From Patescibacteria group bacterium (GTDB lineage: Bacteria; Patescibacteriota; Minisyncoccia; UBA6257; HR35), in contig JAMCWY010000018.1 in NCBI GenBank assembly GCA_023480925.1, forward strand, positions 1 to 32,000: 32,000 nucleotides of DNA, in the 5' to 3' direction. Both the position numbers and the translations under genes were made by a program. The notes beneath the pieces were generated by a model, which saw only the letters and a program-made list of their open reading frames with translations, ran no database searches and was not told where the DNA came from. This document shows positions 7,485-15,716 of this stretch, piece by piece. How positions within the stretch are numbered: position 1 is the first letter of the stretch; each line of letters opens with the position of its first letter.

Positions 7485-8786
7485 ATGACCAAATTTGAAG
7501 ACATAATTCATTTTAATTTCAACCAAACTGGTTTTGATCGAGTGACATTCGAACGAACAAGCGAACAAATCCAGCCATATCTAATCGGTCTGAAAAAAAA
7601 ATTAACTCGGTTCGAATATGATTTTCCCGAGGCGTCAATTTTGCTACCGCGAGACGAACGAATTTTTAAAAATGTCAATGATTTAATTAGAACTTTCAAT
7701 CAAGACGAAATTGCGGCGATTGTTCTTATTGGTATTGGTGGTTCGAACTTGGGCGTCGAGGCGGTCCAGTCCGCGCTCGTTTCTTCTAGTCAAGCTAAAA
7801 AAGAAATTTTATTTCTTGAAACGGTTGATCCAATTAATCTAAAGAAAGTTGTTGACCAAATTAAAAATTATCGCGATCAAAATAAAAAAATTATTTTCGT
7901 TTGGGCGAGTAAGTCGGGTAAGACGAGCGAGACAATCGCCAATTACGGCGCTTTGGCCGATGCGCTTAAAGATTCTAATCAAAGTTTGTTCGATTGGACA
8001 ATTGTTATCACTGACGCCGGTTCGGATTTGGATCAGTACGCTTCCAGTCGCGGCATCAAAAAAATAAACTTGCCTAATCAAGTCGGCGGTCGTTATTCGG
8101 TTTTCAGCCCAGTCGGTCTTTTGCCCTTGGGTTTGGCCGGTTTTGATTTAATTAGTTTTCTCAGGGGCGGTCAAAAGGCGCTCGAATTGGCCTTAAACGA
8201 AAACTTTGAGAGAAATCCGGCTTTGGCCGGAGCGGTTTCAACGTTTCTCAATTTTAAAAACGGTAAAAATATAATTAACTTATTTATTTTCAATCCAAAT
8301 TTAAACGGTTTGGGCCAGTGGCTGCGTCAGCTTATCGGCGAAAGTTTGGGCAAAGACAATCAAAAACTGACGCCGATTGTTTCAATTGGTACAACCGATC
8401 TCCACTCGGTTGGCCAGCTTTATTTCGATGGCGGCAAAGACAAGTTCACTTTCTTTATTTCCAATCGAACTTGGCCAATTGATTTCCAGGTAAGCGATCG
8501 GTTCGGATTGAATAACCTGGCCGCCGGCGTCGAGAGAAAGAGTTTGGCTGAGTTGATGACGATTATTCTCAAGGCGGTTAAGTCGGTTTATCGATCAAAA
8601 GGTTTGCCTTTCTTTGAATTGGAGTTGGAAAGAATCGATGAAGAGACGGTTGGCTTTTTATTTCAATTAAAAATGATCGAAGTAATGTTTTTAGCTCAAT
8701 TAATAGGCGTCAACGCTTTTGATCAATCTGGCGTCGAGGTCTATAAAGACGAAGTCAGAAAAAATCTTGGCTTGGCCCAGGATTAA
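7485..8786 (+). CDS. pgi: Glucose-6-phosphate isomerase
   Basis: IGIGGSNLG, SKSGKTSET and GGRYSVFSPVGLLP are the SIS-domain PGI signatures. Confidence 0.9.
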   Translation: MTKFEDIIHFNFNQTGFDRVTFERTSEQIQPYLIGLKKKLTRFEYDFPEASILLPRDERIFKNVNDLIRTFNQDEIAAIVLIGIGGSNLGVEAVQSALVSSSQAKKEILFLETVDPINLKKVVDQIKNYRDQNKKIIFVWASKSGKTSETIANYGALADALKDSNQSLFDWTIVITDAGSDLDQYASSRGIKKINLPNQVGGRYSVFSPVGLLPLGLAGFDLISFLRGGQKALELALNENFERNPALAGAVSTFLNFKNGKNIINLFIFNPNLNGLGQWLRQLIGESLGKDNQKLTPIVSIGTTDLHSVGQLYFDGGKDKFTFFISNRTWPIDFQVSDRFGLNNLAAGVERKSLAELMTIILKAVKSVYRSKGLPFFELELERIDEETVGFLFQLKMIEVMFLAQLIGVNAFDQSGVEVYKDEVRKNLGLAQD

Positions 8787-8800
8787 ATTTTAATTTTAGG

Positions 8801-11113
8801 ATGATGGCGGTTGAAAAAAAATTTCCAACCATTTTAATTATTATTGGCGCGACGGGCAATTTAACCCGGCGCAAATTAATTCCGGCTTTGGCCAGTCTTG
8901 AAAAAAAAGGTCTGCTCGGTTCTCATTTTCAAATCATTGGCTTGAGCCGGCGTCGTTTCACGGCCGAGACGTATCGCCAATTTTTGAGAAAAAACGTTGC
9001 CGGTTTAAGCCAAAATTTTCTAAATCGGTTTGAGTATGTCCAGGCTGATTTTGAAAATATCGGCGATTACTTTAAACTGGCCGGGCGAATTAAAATAACT
9101 GATAAAAATTGGGCTTTGTGCGCCAATAAAATTTTTTATTTAGCCGTTTCGCCGACTTATACTGAAACGATTTTGCGGAAACTTCACCAGTCTGAATCAA
9201 TCTATCCCTGTTCGCCTCAAACTGGTTTTGCCCGGGTCGCGATCGAAAAACCGTTCGGATCCGATTTGAAAACAGCGACAAGACTCGATCAACTTTTGGC
9301 CAAACTTTTTCGAGAGGAAGAGATTTATCGAGTTGATCATTACTTGGCCAAGGGAACCGTTCAAAATATAATCAACTTTCGTTTTGATAATGCTTTTTTT
9401 GAAAAAATTTGGAATCGCGATTTTATTAATATGATTAGAATCAAACTTTTCGAGCGAGAAGGTTTGGTTGGTCGAGGGCAATCTTATGATCAACTTGGCG
9501 CCTTGATCGACGTCGGCCAAAATCATTTGCTCCAACTCCTAGCTTTAATCACGATGGCCAATCCGATTTCAACTCAAGCGGATTTTTTGCGGGAGAAGAA
9601 GGCGGAAATTTTGGAAAGTTTGCCGATTTATAATCTTGACCAAGCCAAAGCCTTAACTGTCCGAGGTCAGTACCGCGGTTATCGGCGTGAAAAAGGCGTG
9701 GCGGAAAAATCTGAAACCGAAACTTATTTTAAGATTGAAACTAATTTAAATTATCATAATCTTAGAGGCGTTCCGATTATTCTGGAGGCGGGCAAAAAAA
9801 TGGTTGATGATTATGTCGGGATCGAAATTGACTTTAAGAAAAATCTTAACTGTCTTTGTTCGACTTCGTCTCGGTTTAACCAAATTATTTACCGGATTCA
9901 GCCCAATCAAGGCATCGAGATAAAATTTTTAGTCAAAACGCCGAACGAAAAAAATATTTTGAGCCAGGAAAAATTCGAATTCCATTACAAAAACAACTTA
10001 GCCGAGGCTTACGAAAAAGTTTTATTTGACATTATTGGTGGCGATCGGACTGTTTTTGTTAGTACCAAAGAAATTATGTCAAGTTGGCGATTTATTTCGC
10101 CAATCGCGGCCGCTTGGCGGAAAAATGCCGTGCCTTTAAAAATTTACGGCGGCGGTTTTAATGGTTTCGAGCTTGGACCGAGCAATAAAAACACTCCAAA
10201 CCAATTTTCGCCAAAATCCGATCACCGCCAGATTGGCATTATCGGTCTGGGCAAGATGGGCGGCAATTTGGCTTTAAGATTGAAACAAAAAGGTTGGCAA
10301 GTTTTTGGTTTAGATCGGTCGATTCAGCCGGAAAGTTTGGTCACGAAAAATATTCCTGTTTTCGATAACTTGGATAAGTTAATTGAAAAATTAACTAAAC
10401 CAAGATTGATTTTATTGATGTTGCCGGCCGACGTTGTTGCTGGCGTTATCGCCGATTTAACGACCAAATTCGAACGGGGCGATGTTGTTATCGACGCCGG
10501 CAATTCTTTCTATGAAAATTCAATTAGGCATTTCAAAAATTTAAGGAAGAAGGGAATTAATTTTATCGATTTAGGCGTTTCCGGCGGTCCGGCCGGCGCT
10601 TTAACCGGCGCGGTTGTTTTGGTCGGGGGCGAGAAAAAAATCGCGCTTAAGTTTGAAAATCTTTACCGCGACTTGGCCCAACTTAACGGGTATGTCGTTA
10701 TCGGTCAGCCCGGCGCTGGTCATTTTGTCAAAATGGTTCATAATGGCATCGAGTACGGAATGATGGAATCAATCGCCGAAGGTTTTAACTTATTCAGGCG
10801 AAGTCGCTATAAACTCGATTTGAAAAAAATCGCCAGTGTTTTTAACCATGGCAGCGTGATTGAATCGAAATTGATCGGTTGGTTGGAAGAAGGTTTGGCC
10901 GATTTTGGTCAAGAATTAAAAAAAGTTTCCGGCCGAGTTGATCAAACGGGCGAGGGCAAGTGGACGATTGAGACGGCGAAAAAAATGAAAGAACCAGTTG
11001 AGGCGATTGCCGCGGCTTTTAAATTTAGGCTTAAGTCGGCGAAAAAACCAAGTTACGCCGGCAAAATTTTAACGATTTTGAGAGCGAAATTCGGCGGTCA
11101 TAAACTTAATTAA
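8801..11113 (+). CDS. zwf: Bifunctional fusion: glucose-6-phosphate 1-dehydrogenase (N-terminal ~450 aa) plus short 6-phosphogluconate dehydrogenase (C-terminal ~290 aa)
   Basis: Zwf part: GATGNLTRRKLIPAL, IEKPFGSDL, RVDHYLAKGTVQNI. A linker ..GPSNKNTPNQFSPKSDHRQ.. follows. Gnd part from about nt 10230: IGIIGLGKMGGNLALRL and GAGHFVKMVHNGIEYGMMESIAEGF. It is one uninterrupted 770-codon frame. Confidence 0.85.
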   Translation: MMAVEKKFPTILIIIGATGNLTRRKLIPALASLEKKGLLGSHFQIIGLSRRRFTAETYRQFLRKNVAGLSQNFLNRFEYVQADFENIGDYFKLAGRIKITDKNWALCANKIFYLAVSPTYTETILRKLHQSESIYPCSPQTGFARVAIEKPFGSDLKTATRLDQLLAKLFREEEIYRVDHYLAKGTVQNIINFRFDNAFFEKIWNRDFINMIRIKLFEREGLVGRGQSYDQLGALIDVGQNHLLQLLALITMANPISTQADFLREKKAEILESLPIYNLDQAKALTVRGQYRGYRREKGVAEKSETETYFKIETNLNYHNLRGVPIILEAGKKMVDDYVGIEIDFKKNLNCLCSTSSRFNQIIYRIQPNQGIEIKFLVKTPNEKNILSQEKFEFHYKNNLAEAYEKVLFDIIGGDRTVFVSTKEIMSSWRFISPIAAAWRKNAVPLKIYGGGFNGFELGPSNKNTPNQFSPKSDHRQIGIIGLGKMGGNLALRLKQKGWQVFGLDRSIQPESLVTKNIPVFDNLDKLIEKLTKPRLILLMLPADVVAGVIADLTTKFERGDVVIDAGNSFYENSIRHFKNLRKKGINFIDLGVSGGPAGALTGAVVLVGGEKKIALKFENLYRDLAQLNGYVVIGQPGAGHFVKMVHNGIEYGMMESIAEGFNLFRRSRYKLDLKKIASVFNHGSVIESKLIGWLEEGLADFGQELKKVSGRVDQTGEGKWTIETAKKMKEPVEAIAAAFKFRLKSAKKPSYAGKILTILRAKFGGHKLN

Positions 11114-11279
11114 AAAATTTTTGCTTTAAGTTTTTATTCTTGATAAAATATCTTTGACGGTTTAATTTGATTGGTCGAGCCGAAGAAATTGTTTATTCTA
11201 TTTTTAGTTATTTGCTCCCGGCCGGCAAAATTTTATTTTCGAACTTTTATTTTATCTTCTAAATTTTAAATTTTAAAAA

Positions 11280-13175
11280 ATGTTTAAACTTAAAAGTCAG
11301 TTTGAGCCGACGGGTGATCAACCCAAGGCGATAAAAAATTTGGTTAAAAGCGTTAGGGCGGGGAACCGATTTCAAACGCTTTTGGGCGTGACCGGATCGG
11401 GCAAGACTTTCACGATGGCTTCAATGATCGAGTCGCTTCAACGACCCGCCTTGATTATTTCGCCGAATAAAGTTTTGGCCGCCCAACTTTATCAAGAATT
11501 TAGTTCGTTCTTTCCCGAAAACGCGGTTAATTTTTTCGTCAGTTATTATGATTATTATCAGCCCGAAGCTTATCTGCCAACATTTGATACTTATATCGCC
11601 AAAGACGCTCGGATTAACGAGTTTCTCGATCAGCTTCGACATGCCACCTTACAGAGCGCTTTGACTCGACAAGATTTCGTTATTATTTCTTCGGTTTCTT
11701 GTATTTATGGCTTAGGCCATCCGGATCAGTACGAAAAAGTCGGCTTTGATTTAAAATTAGGCGACAAAATCAACAAAACTAACTTGGCCAAGCGGCTGAA
11801 AATTTTACAATATCAAGAAGCGGGTCGAACGGTTCGCGGCGGCAGTTTTAAAATAGCCGATTGGTCAGTTGATATTATTTTGCCCGACGGTCGGGCCCTG
11901 ATTCAAATTTGGCTTGATCGGTTCGGTTTAGTTGAATCGATTCGTCGTTATCCGGTTGAAAAAAAATTCGAACAAAAATTTTCCCTTGATGTTGTTTTGG
12001 AAAGTTTCGAAGAGATCGGGGCGGTTAAAATTTATCCGGCTAAATTTTTTGTCGCGCCGCGGGAAAAAATTGAATTAGCAATTTTAAACATTCGGCAGGA
12101 GTTAGACGAACATTACTGGAAACTTTTAAAAGAGGATAGGTTGGTCGAAGCAGAGCGATTGAAACAGCGGACATTATTGGATCTTGAACTGCTTGAAAAG
12201 AACGGTTACTGTTCCGGTATTGAAAATTATTCTCGCCATCTTTCCTTCCGCCAGCCGGGCCAGCCGCCTTACACTCTTTTTGATTACTTGCCCGACGATA
12301 CTTTGGTTTTCATTGACGAGTCCCATTTGGCTTTGCCTCAAATTCGGTCAATGGCCAGCGGTGATCGCCGTCGCAAAGAAGCCTTGATTGAATACGGCTG
12401 GCGTTTGCCTTCGGCCTTGGATAACCGGCCGTTAACCGAGGCGGAATTTTTAGAAAAAAAATTTCAGACAGTTTTTGTTTCAGCCACGCCGGCTCAATTT
12501 GAACGCCGTCTTTCGAGTTTAATCGCTGAACAGTTGGTTCGGCCGACTTTCATACCCGATCCAATTATCGAGGTTCGGTCGAGCCAAAATCAAATCGTTG
12601 ATTTGATTAGAGAAATTAACATGAGGACGACGCGATCGGAACGAGCCTTAGTTTTAACCGTGACGAAACGGGCGGCGGAAAACTTGTGTGAATTTTTATT
12701 GGATCATAAAATCAAAGCTCACTATCTTCACGCCGACGTCAAGACATTTAAACGCGCCGAGATAATTAAAAAATTGCGTCAAGGCGAAATTGAAGTTTTG
12801 GTTGGCATTAATCTTTTGCGCGAAGGTTTGGACTTGCCGGAAGTTTCGCTCGTCGTTATTCTTGACGCGGACAAGGAAGGTTTTCTGCGCAACGAAACGA
12901 CCCTGATTCAAGCGATTGGTCGGGCCTCTCGTCATCTTGATGGTCGAGTTATTTTTTACGCTGATAAGATGACTGAATCAATGGCTCGGGCAATCAGTGA
13001 AAGCGAGCGGCGGCGGCGGCGTCAAGTTGAATTTAATCGGCGAAACAAAATCAAACCAAAGGCGATTATCAAGGAAATTCAGGAAACAATTTTAACCATG
13101 TCGGCCAAACCGGAAAAAGTTTTAAGCCGCGAAGAGTTAACGTTTTTTTTGGAAGAGGAAAAGAATGTCTTATAA
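11280..13175 (+). CDS. uvrB: Excinuclease ABC subunit B
   Basis: FEPTGDQPKAI, Walker A GVTGSGKTFT, YYDYYQPEAY, DESH and helicase C motifs. At 631 aa the C-terminus looks short (see findings). Confidence 0.92.
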   Translation: MFKLKSQFEPTGDQPKAIKNLVKSVRAGNRFQTLLGVTGSGKTFTMASMIESLQRPALIISPNKVLAAQLYQEFSSFFPENAVNFFVSYYDYYQPEAYLPTFDTYIAKDARINEFLDQLRHATLQSALTRQDFVIISSVSCIYGLGHPDQYEKVGFDLKLGDKINKTNLAKRLKILQYQEAGRTVRGGSFKIADWSVDIILPDGRALIQIWLDRFGLVESIRRYPVEKKFEQKFSLDVVLESFEEIGAVKIYPAKFFVAPREKIELAILNIRQELDEHYWKLLKEDRLVEAERLKQRTLLDLELLEKNGYCSGIENYSRHLSFRQPGQPPYTLFDYLPDDTLVFIDESHLALPQIRSMASGDRRRKEALIEYGWRLPSALDNRPLTEAEFLEKKFQTVFVSATPAQFERRLSSLIAEQLVRPTFIPDPIIEVRSSQNQIVDLIREINMRTTRSERALVLTVTKRAAENLCEFLLDHKIKAHYLHADVKTFKRAEIIKKLRQGEIEVLVGINLLREGLDLPEVSLVVILDADKEGFLRNETTLIQAIGRASRHLDGRVIFYADKMTESMARAISESERRRRRQVEFNRRNKIKPKAIIKEIQETILTMSAKPEKVLSREELTFFLEEEKNVL

Positions 13176-13217
13176 TATACTTAGTAAAAATAATTAGCGG
13201 TTTAGAGGTTTCAAATT

Positions 13218-13751
13218 ATGGCGAAAAAAGTTTCAACCCCAATCTTAAAAATAGTCCTTTTAAAACTACTTTTCGCGCTTTTGTTTTTTGTCTTGTTAAC
13301 CACCGGTTTTTGGTTTTTGTCTAGATATCAAATTAATCAAACGATTAATCAGTTGAGCCAAAAAAATAATTTAATAATATTGGCGCAAAAAAACGACACT
13401 GAGAATAGTTTGAAAATAGGTATGCTGAAAAAACTTTCTTTTCTCGGCGCCGATCCAATTTCGGTCTTGGCCAGTCTAAGTCAGCGATTGAAATCATTTT
13501 GGCGGCCGACGAACTTGAATGTTGCCAATGCCCTGATTAAAAATTACGCCTCATCGTCCGGTCTGACAATCGTTTCCACCGTCAATACTTCGACCAACCA
13601 GATTAGCGGCAGTTTTTCCGGTCGGACGAGCGATTTGGAAAATATCATTAATCAACTTCGAGCCGAAAAATATAATTTTCAAATTGACAAAATTGATCTA
13701 AAACCGTCAACTAGCGGCGAGATGATTGATTTTAGTTTAATTTTCAAATGA
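13218..13751 (+). CDS. Hypothetical membrane-anchored protein (one N-terminal TM helix)
   Basis: 177-aa ORF with TM segment LLFALLFFVLLTTGFWFL. Its stop overlaps the next start (ATGA). No family recognised. Confidence 0.55.
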   Translation: MAKKVSTPILKIVLLKLLFALLFFVLLTTGFWFLSRYQINQTINQLSQKNNLIILAQKNDTENSLKIGMLKKLSFLGADPISVLASLSQRLKSFWRPTNLNVANALIKNYASSSGLTIVSTVNTSTNQISGSFSGRTSDLENIINQLRAEKYNFQIDKIDLKPSTSGEMIDFSLIFK

Positions 13752-13987
13752 AAAAATTTAAAGTGACGATAATTCTTGTTAATATTATTTTGGGTTTAGT
13801 CATTTTTTCTTTGTTTATTAGTTTGGCTTTCGATTTTGTTAAAAATTATGGAAAATTATCTAGCGTCACTAGCGTCGGCGCCGGCCAATCCGACTTTGGC
13901 GCTTTAATTAAATCCGTTCAATATAATTACCAAAAAATTAAATCAGATTTGCCCGTTAACGCGGTTAAGACCGGGCCGACGAAATAA
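13748..13987 (+). CDS. Hypothetical small membrane-anchored protein
   Basis: 79-aa ORF with N-terminal TM segment IILVNIILGLVIFSLFISLAF. It is translationally coupled to the preceding ORF. Confidence 0.5.
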   Translation: MKKFKVTIILVNIILGLVIFSLFISLAFDFVKNYGKLSSVTSVGAGQSDFGALIKSVQYNYQKIKSDLPVNAVKTGPTK

Positions 13988-14039
13988 TTCAGCTCAAATA
14001 AATTTTAATTAAGTCGAAGTCTGCCAGCTGATTATTTGT

Positions 14040-14048
14040 TGGTATAAT
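14040..14048 (+). promoter_or_regulatory. Extended -10 promoter element (TGGTATAAT) upstream of tRNA-Ile/tRNA-Ala
   Basis: TGn-TATAAT lies 30 nt upstream of the mature tRNA-Ile 5' end. The same 10-mer, TTGGTATAAT, recurs at 18821-18830. Confidence 0.5.
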
Positions 14049-14077
14049 AAAACTGTTGCCTTGGCAAAATTAATAAT

Positions 14078-14151
14078 GGGCGCGTAGCTCAGTTGGTTAG
14101 AGCGCGTCTCTGATAAGGACGAGGTCGTAGGTCCGAGCCCTACCGCGCCCA
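14078..14151 (+). tRNA. tRNA-Ile (anticodon GAT)
   Basis: Acceptor GGGCGCG/CGCGCCC, D arm GCTC-AGTTGGTTA-GAGC, anticodon arm CGTCT-CTGATAA-GGACG, T arm GTAGG-TCCGAGC-CCTAC. The T loop reads TCC rather than TTC. Confidence 0.85.
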
Positions 14152-14224
14152 CTCGATTAAAATAGCGAAGAATCGGCCTGAGTTAGACAAGTTTAAACGC
14201 CGGTTATTTTTTGATTTAGTTTAG

Positions 14225-14301
<77 letters not shown>

Positions 14302-14438
14302 GCACAGAGCTTAACGGCTTTTTGAAAGTCGGAGACATAACGCACGAGTCGCCCTTGACTCACCTTACCGCACCCGCGCGCGGGCGACACAAAGGAGCCT
14401 TCTTAATTTCGTCTGGCTAAATGATAAAAATTTCATAT

Positions 14439-14487
14439 ACTAACTATTGATGATAAAGGTTTTATATCCTCACTAACTATCATAGTA
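14439..14487 (+). promoter_or_regulatory. Candidate operator region of the XRE gene
   Basis: ACTAACTAT occurs at 14439-14447 and 14472-14480, 33 bp apart. The 5-1-5 palindrome ACTAT-C-ATAGT (14476-14486) lies 15 nt upstream of the ATG. Confidence 0.45.
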
Positions 14488-14500
14488 AAACTATACGAAT

Positions 14501-14710
14501 ATGTCAAACAAAAAATCAACAATCGGCGAGAATATAAAGAAATACCGAAACAAGCTCAGTATTTCGCAAGATGTCTTATCGAAAAAGGCGAATTTGGTTT
14601 TTCATACGATTGCTAAAATTGAAGCCGGAGCGACGCCAAACCCTACTATTGATACTGTCAAAAAAATTGCGGACGCGCTTGGCGTTTCGCTTGATGTTTT
14701 AATGAAATAA
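14501..14710 (+). CDS. XRE-family helix-turn-helix transcriptional regulator
   Basis: 69 aa. ..IGENIKKYRNKLSISQDVLSKKANLVFHTIAKIEAG...PTIDTVKKIADALGVSLDVL is a complete Cro/C1-type HTH. Confidence 0.85.
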   Translation: MSNKKSTIGENIKKYRNKLSISQDVLSKKANLVFHTIAKIEAGATPNPTIDTVKKIADALGVSLDVLMK

Positions 14711-15123
14711 ACACTATAGAAAATACTTTTGAAAAAATCTTGAGAGACGGCGAGCGAAAAGGATACTTTCGCGTTTTGAATGACGAAGTAAAGATTGAAT
14801 ATCTGCCGTCTGAACATAAAGAAAATCTAAACGACCCAGAGGAAAAAGTCCGCGCCGAATACTATTTTTGCTTAAAAAATATCACTATCTCGTTAAGCGA
14901 GTTGAACTTGAAACGGAAATGCCTGACCGAACGACCGAACGTTACGCGGATATTGTTATTTACGATGACGCCGACAAGAAAAAACCTTATATCGTTGTTG
15001 GGTGTAAAAAAGACGGCATTTCCGACGCGGAATTTGAACAGGCCATCAAAACAGGCAATCGCCAACGCTCGCGTGCTTCACGCTCCGCTTGCGATTTGCG
15101 TTGCGGGTACCCCCTTATCTTGA
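14695..15123 (+). pseudogene. Frameshifted type I restriction enzyme HsdR N-terminal-like (PD-(D/E)XK) domain
   Basis: Sense can only be read by hopping frames: frame 1 ..EEKVRAEYYF, then frame 3 KKYHYLVKRVELETEMPDRTTERYADIVIYDDADKKKPYIVVGCKKDGISDAEFEQAIK, then frame 1 QAIANARVLHAPLAICVAGT. There is no ATG start. Confidence 0.6.
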
Positions 15124-15716
15124 AAAATTTACGCTTGGCGAGGCCATAGCTGATATGTCCGGCGGAGCAACGCCAAAAGTTACTGGTAATTATTATTCGG
15201 ACGAGGGCGGTGTGCCATTTTTGCGAGTGCAGAATATCGCGGAAATGGGAATAAAACTTGACGATGTAAAATTTATCAAACCCGGGATTCACGAAACAAT
15301 GCTTAAGCGTTCGCAGTTGAAAAAAGACGATTTAGTTTTCACTATCCTTGGAAAGCCAGGAACGGTGTCGGTTGTGCCTGATAATTTTGAAGTTGATATA
15401 AGTCAAAATTCCGTCCGATTTCATTTAAAAAAATGAAGTTGATAAAACAAAAATTATATCTAGTTATGTTGCTGTTTTTCTAAATGCAAAAATCGGAAAA
15501 GATTTATCTTTGCGCTGGACAGTTGGCGACGCGCAACCCGCATTAAATTCTAATATCGTAAAAAAATTAATCGTGCCATTGTCGAACATTAAAAAACAAG
15601 AAAAAATTATTTCTGGTGTAAAAACAATTTATAAAAAAACAAAACGCCTATGATAAGAAGCGGAAAGCATTGTCGCCGAAGCGCAAAAACAAGTAGAACA
15701 AATGATTTTAGCGTAG
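15089..15716 (+). pseudogene. Degraded single-TRD type I restriction-modification specificity subunit (HsdS)
   Basis: LGEAIADMSGGATPK...VPFLRVQNI...LKKDDLVFTILGKPG...ISQNSVRFHL is a Methylase_S target-recognition domain. The frame breaks in an A7 run (15427-15433). It resumes as EVDKTKIISSYVAVFLNAKIG...GDAQPALNSNIVKKLIVPLSNIKKQEKI, then hits in-frame TGA TAA (15651-15656), then EAESIVAEAQKQVEQMILA*. Confidence 0.7.

Noticed and set aside
14364-14375. Minus-strand GGGTGCGGTAAG resembles, from memory, a conserved stretch of bacterial RNase P RNA. GCAAGAGCGGCAC at about 28798-28812 is vaguely similar to the adjacent RNase P segment.
   Set aside because: Neither locus has the GAGGAAAGTCC (CR-I) or ACAGAA..GGCTTA (CR-V) blocks in the right order. 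The first locus has only about 80 nt before it hits tRNA-Ala. At the second, the expected 5' part would fall inside a credible membrane-protein CDS. I treat these as chance or fragmentary similarity, and only a covariance-model scan could revive the idea.
14740-15436. Three ORF-track frames (14740-15123, 14868-15149, 15089-15436) taken as separate small genes
   Set aside because: They overlap in three different frames, and each carries only a piece of one domain series (HsdR N-terminal-like, then an HsdS TRD). They are annotated as pseudogene fragments instead.
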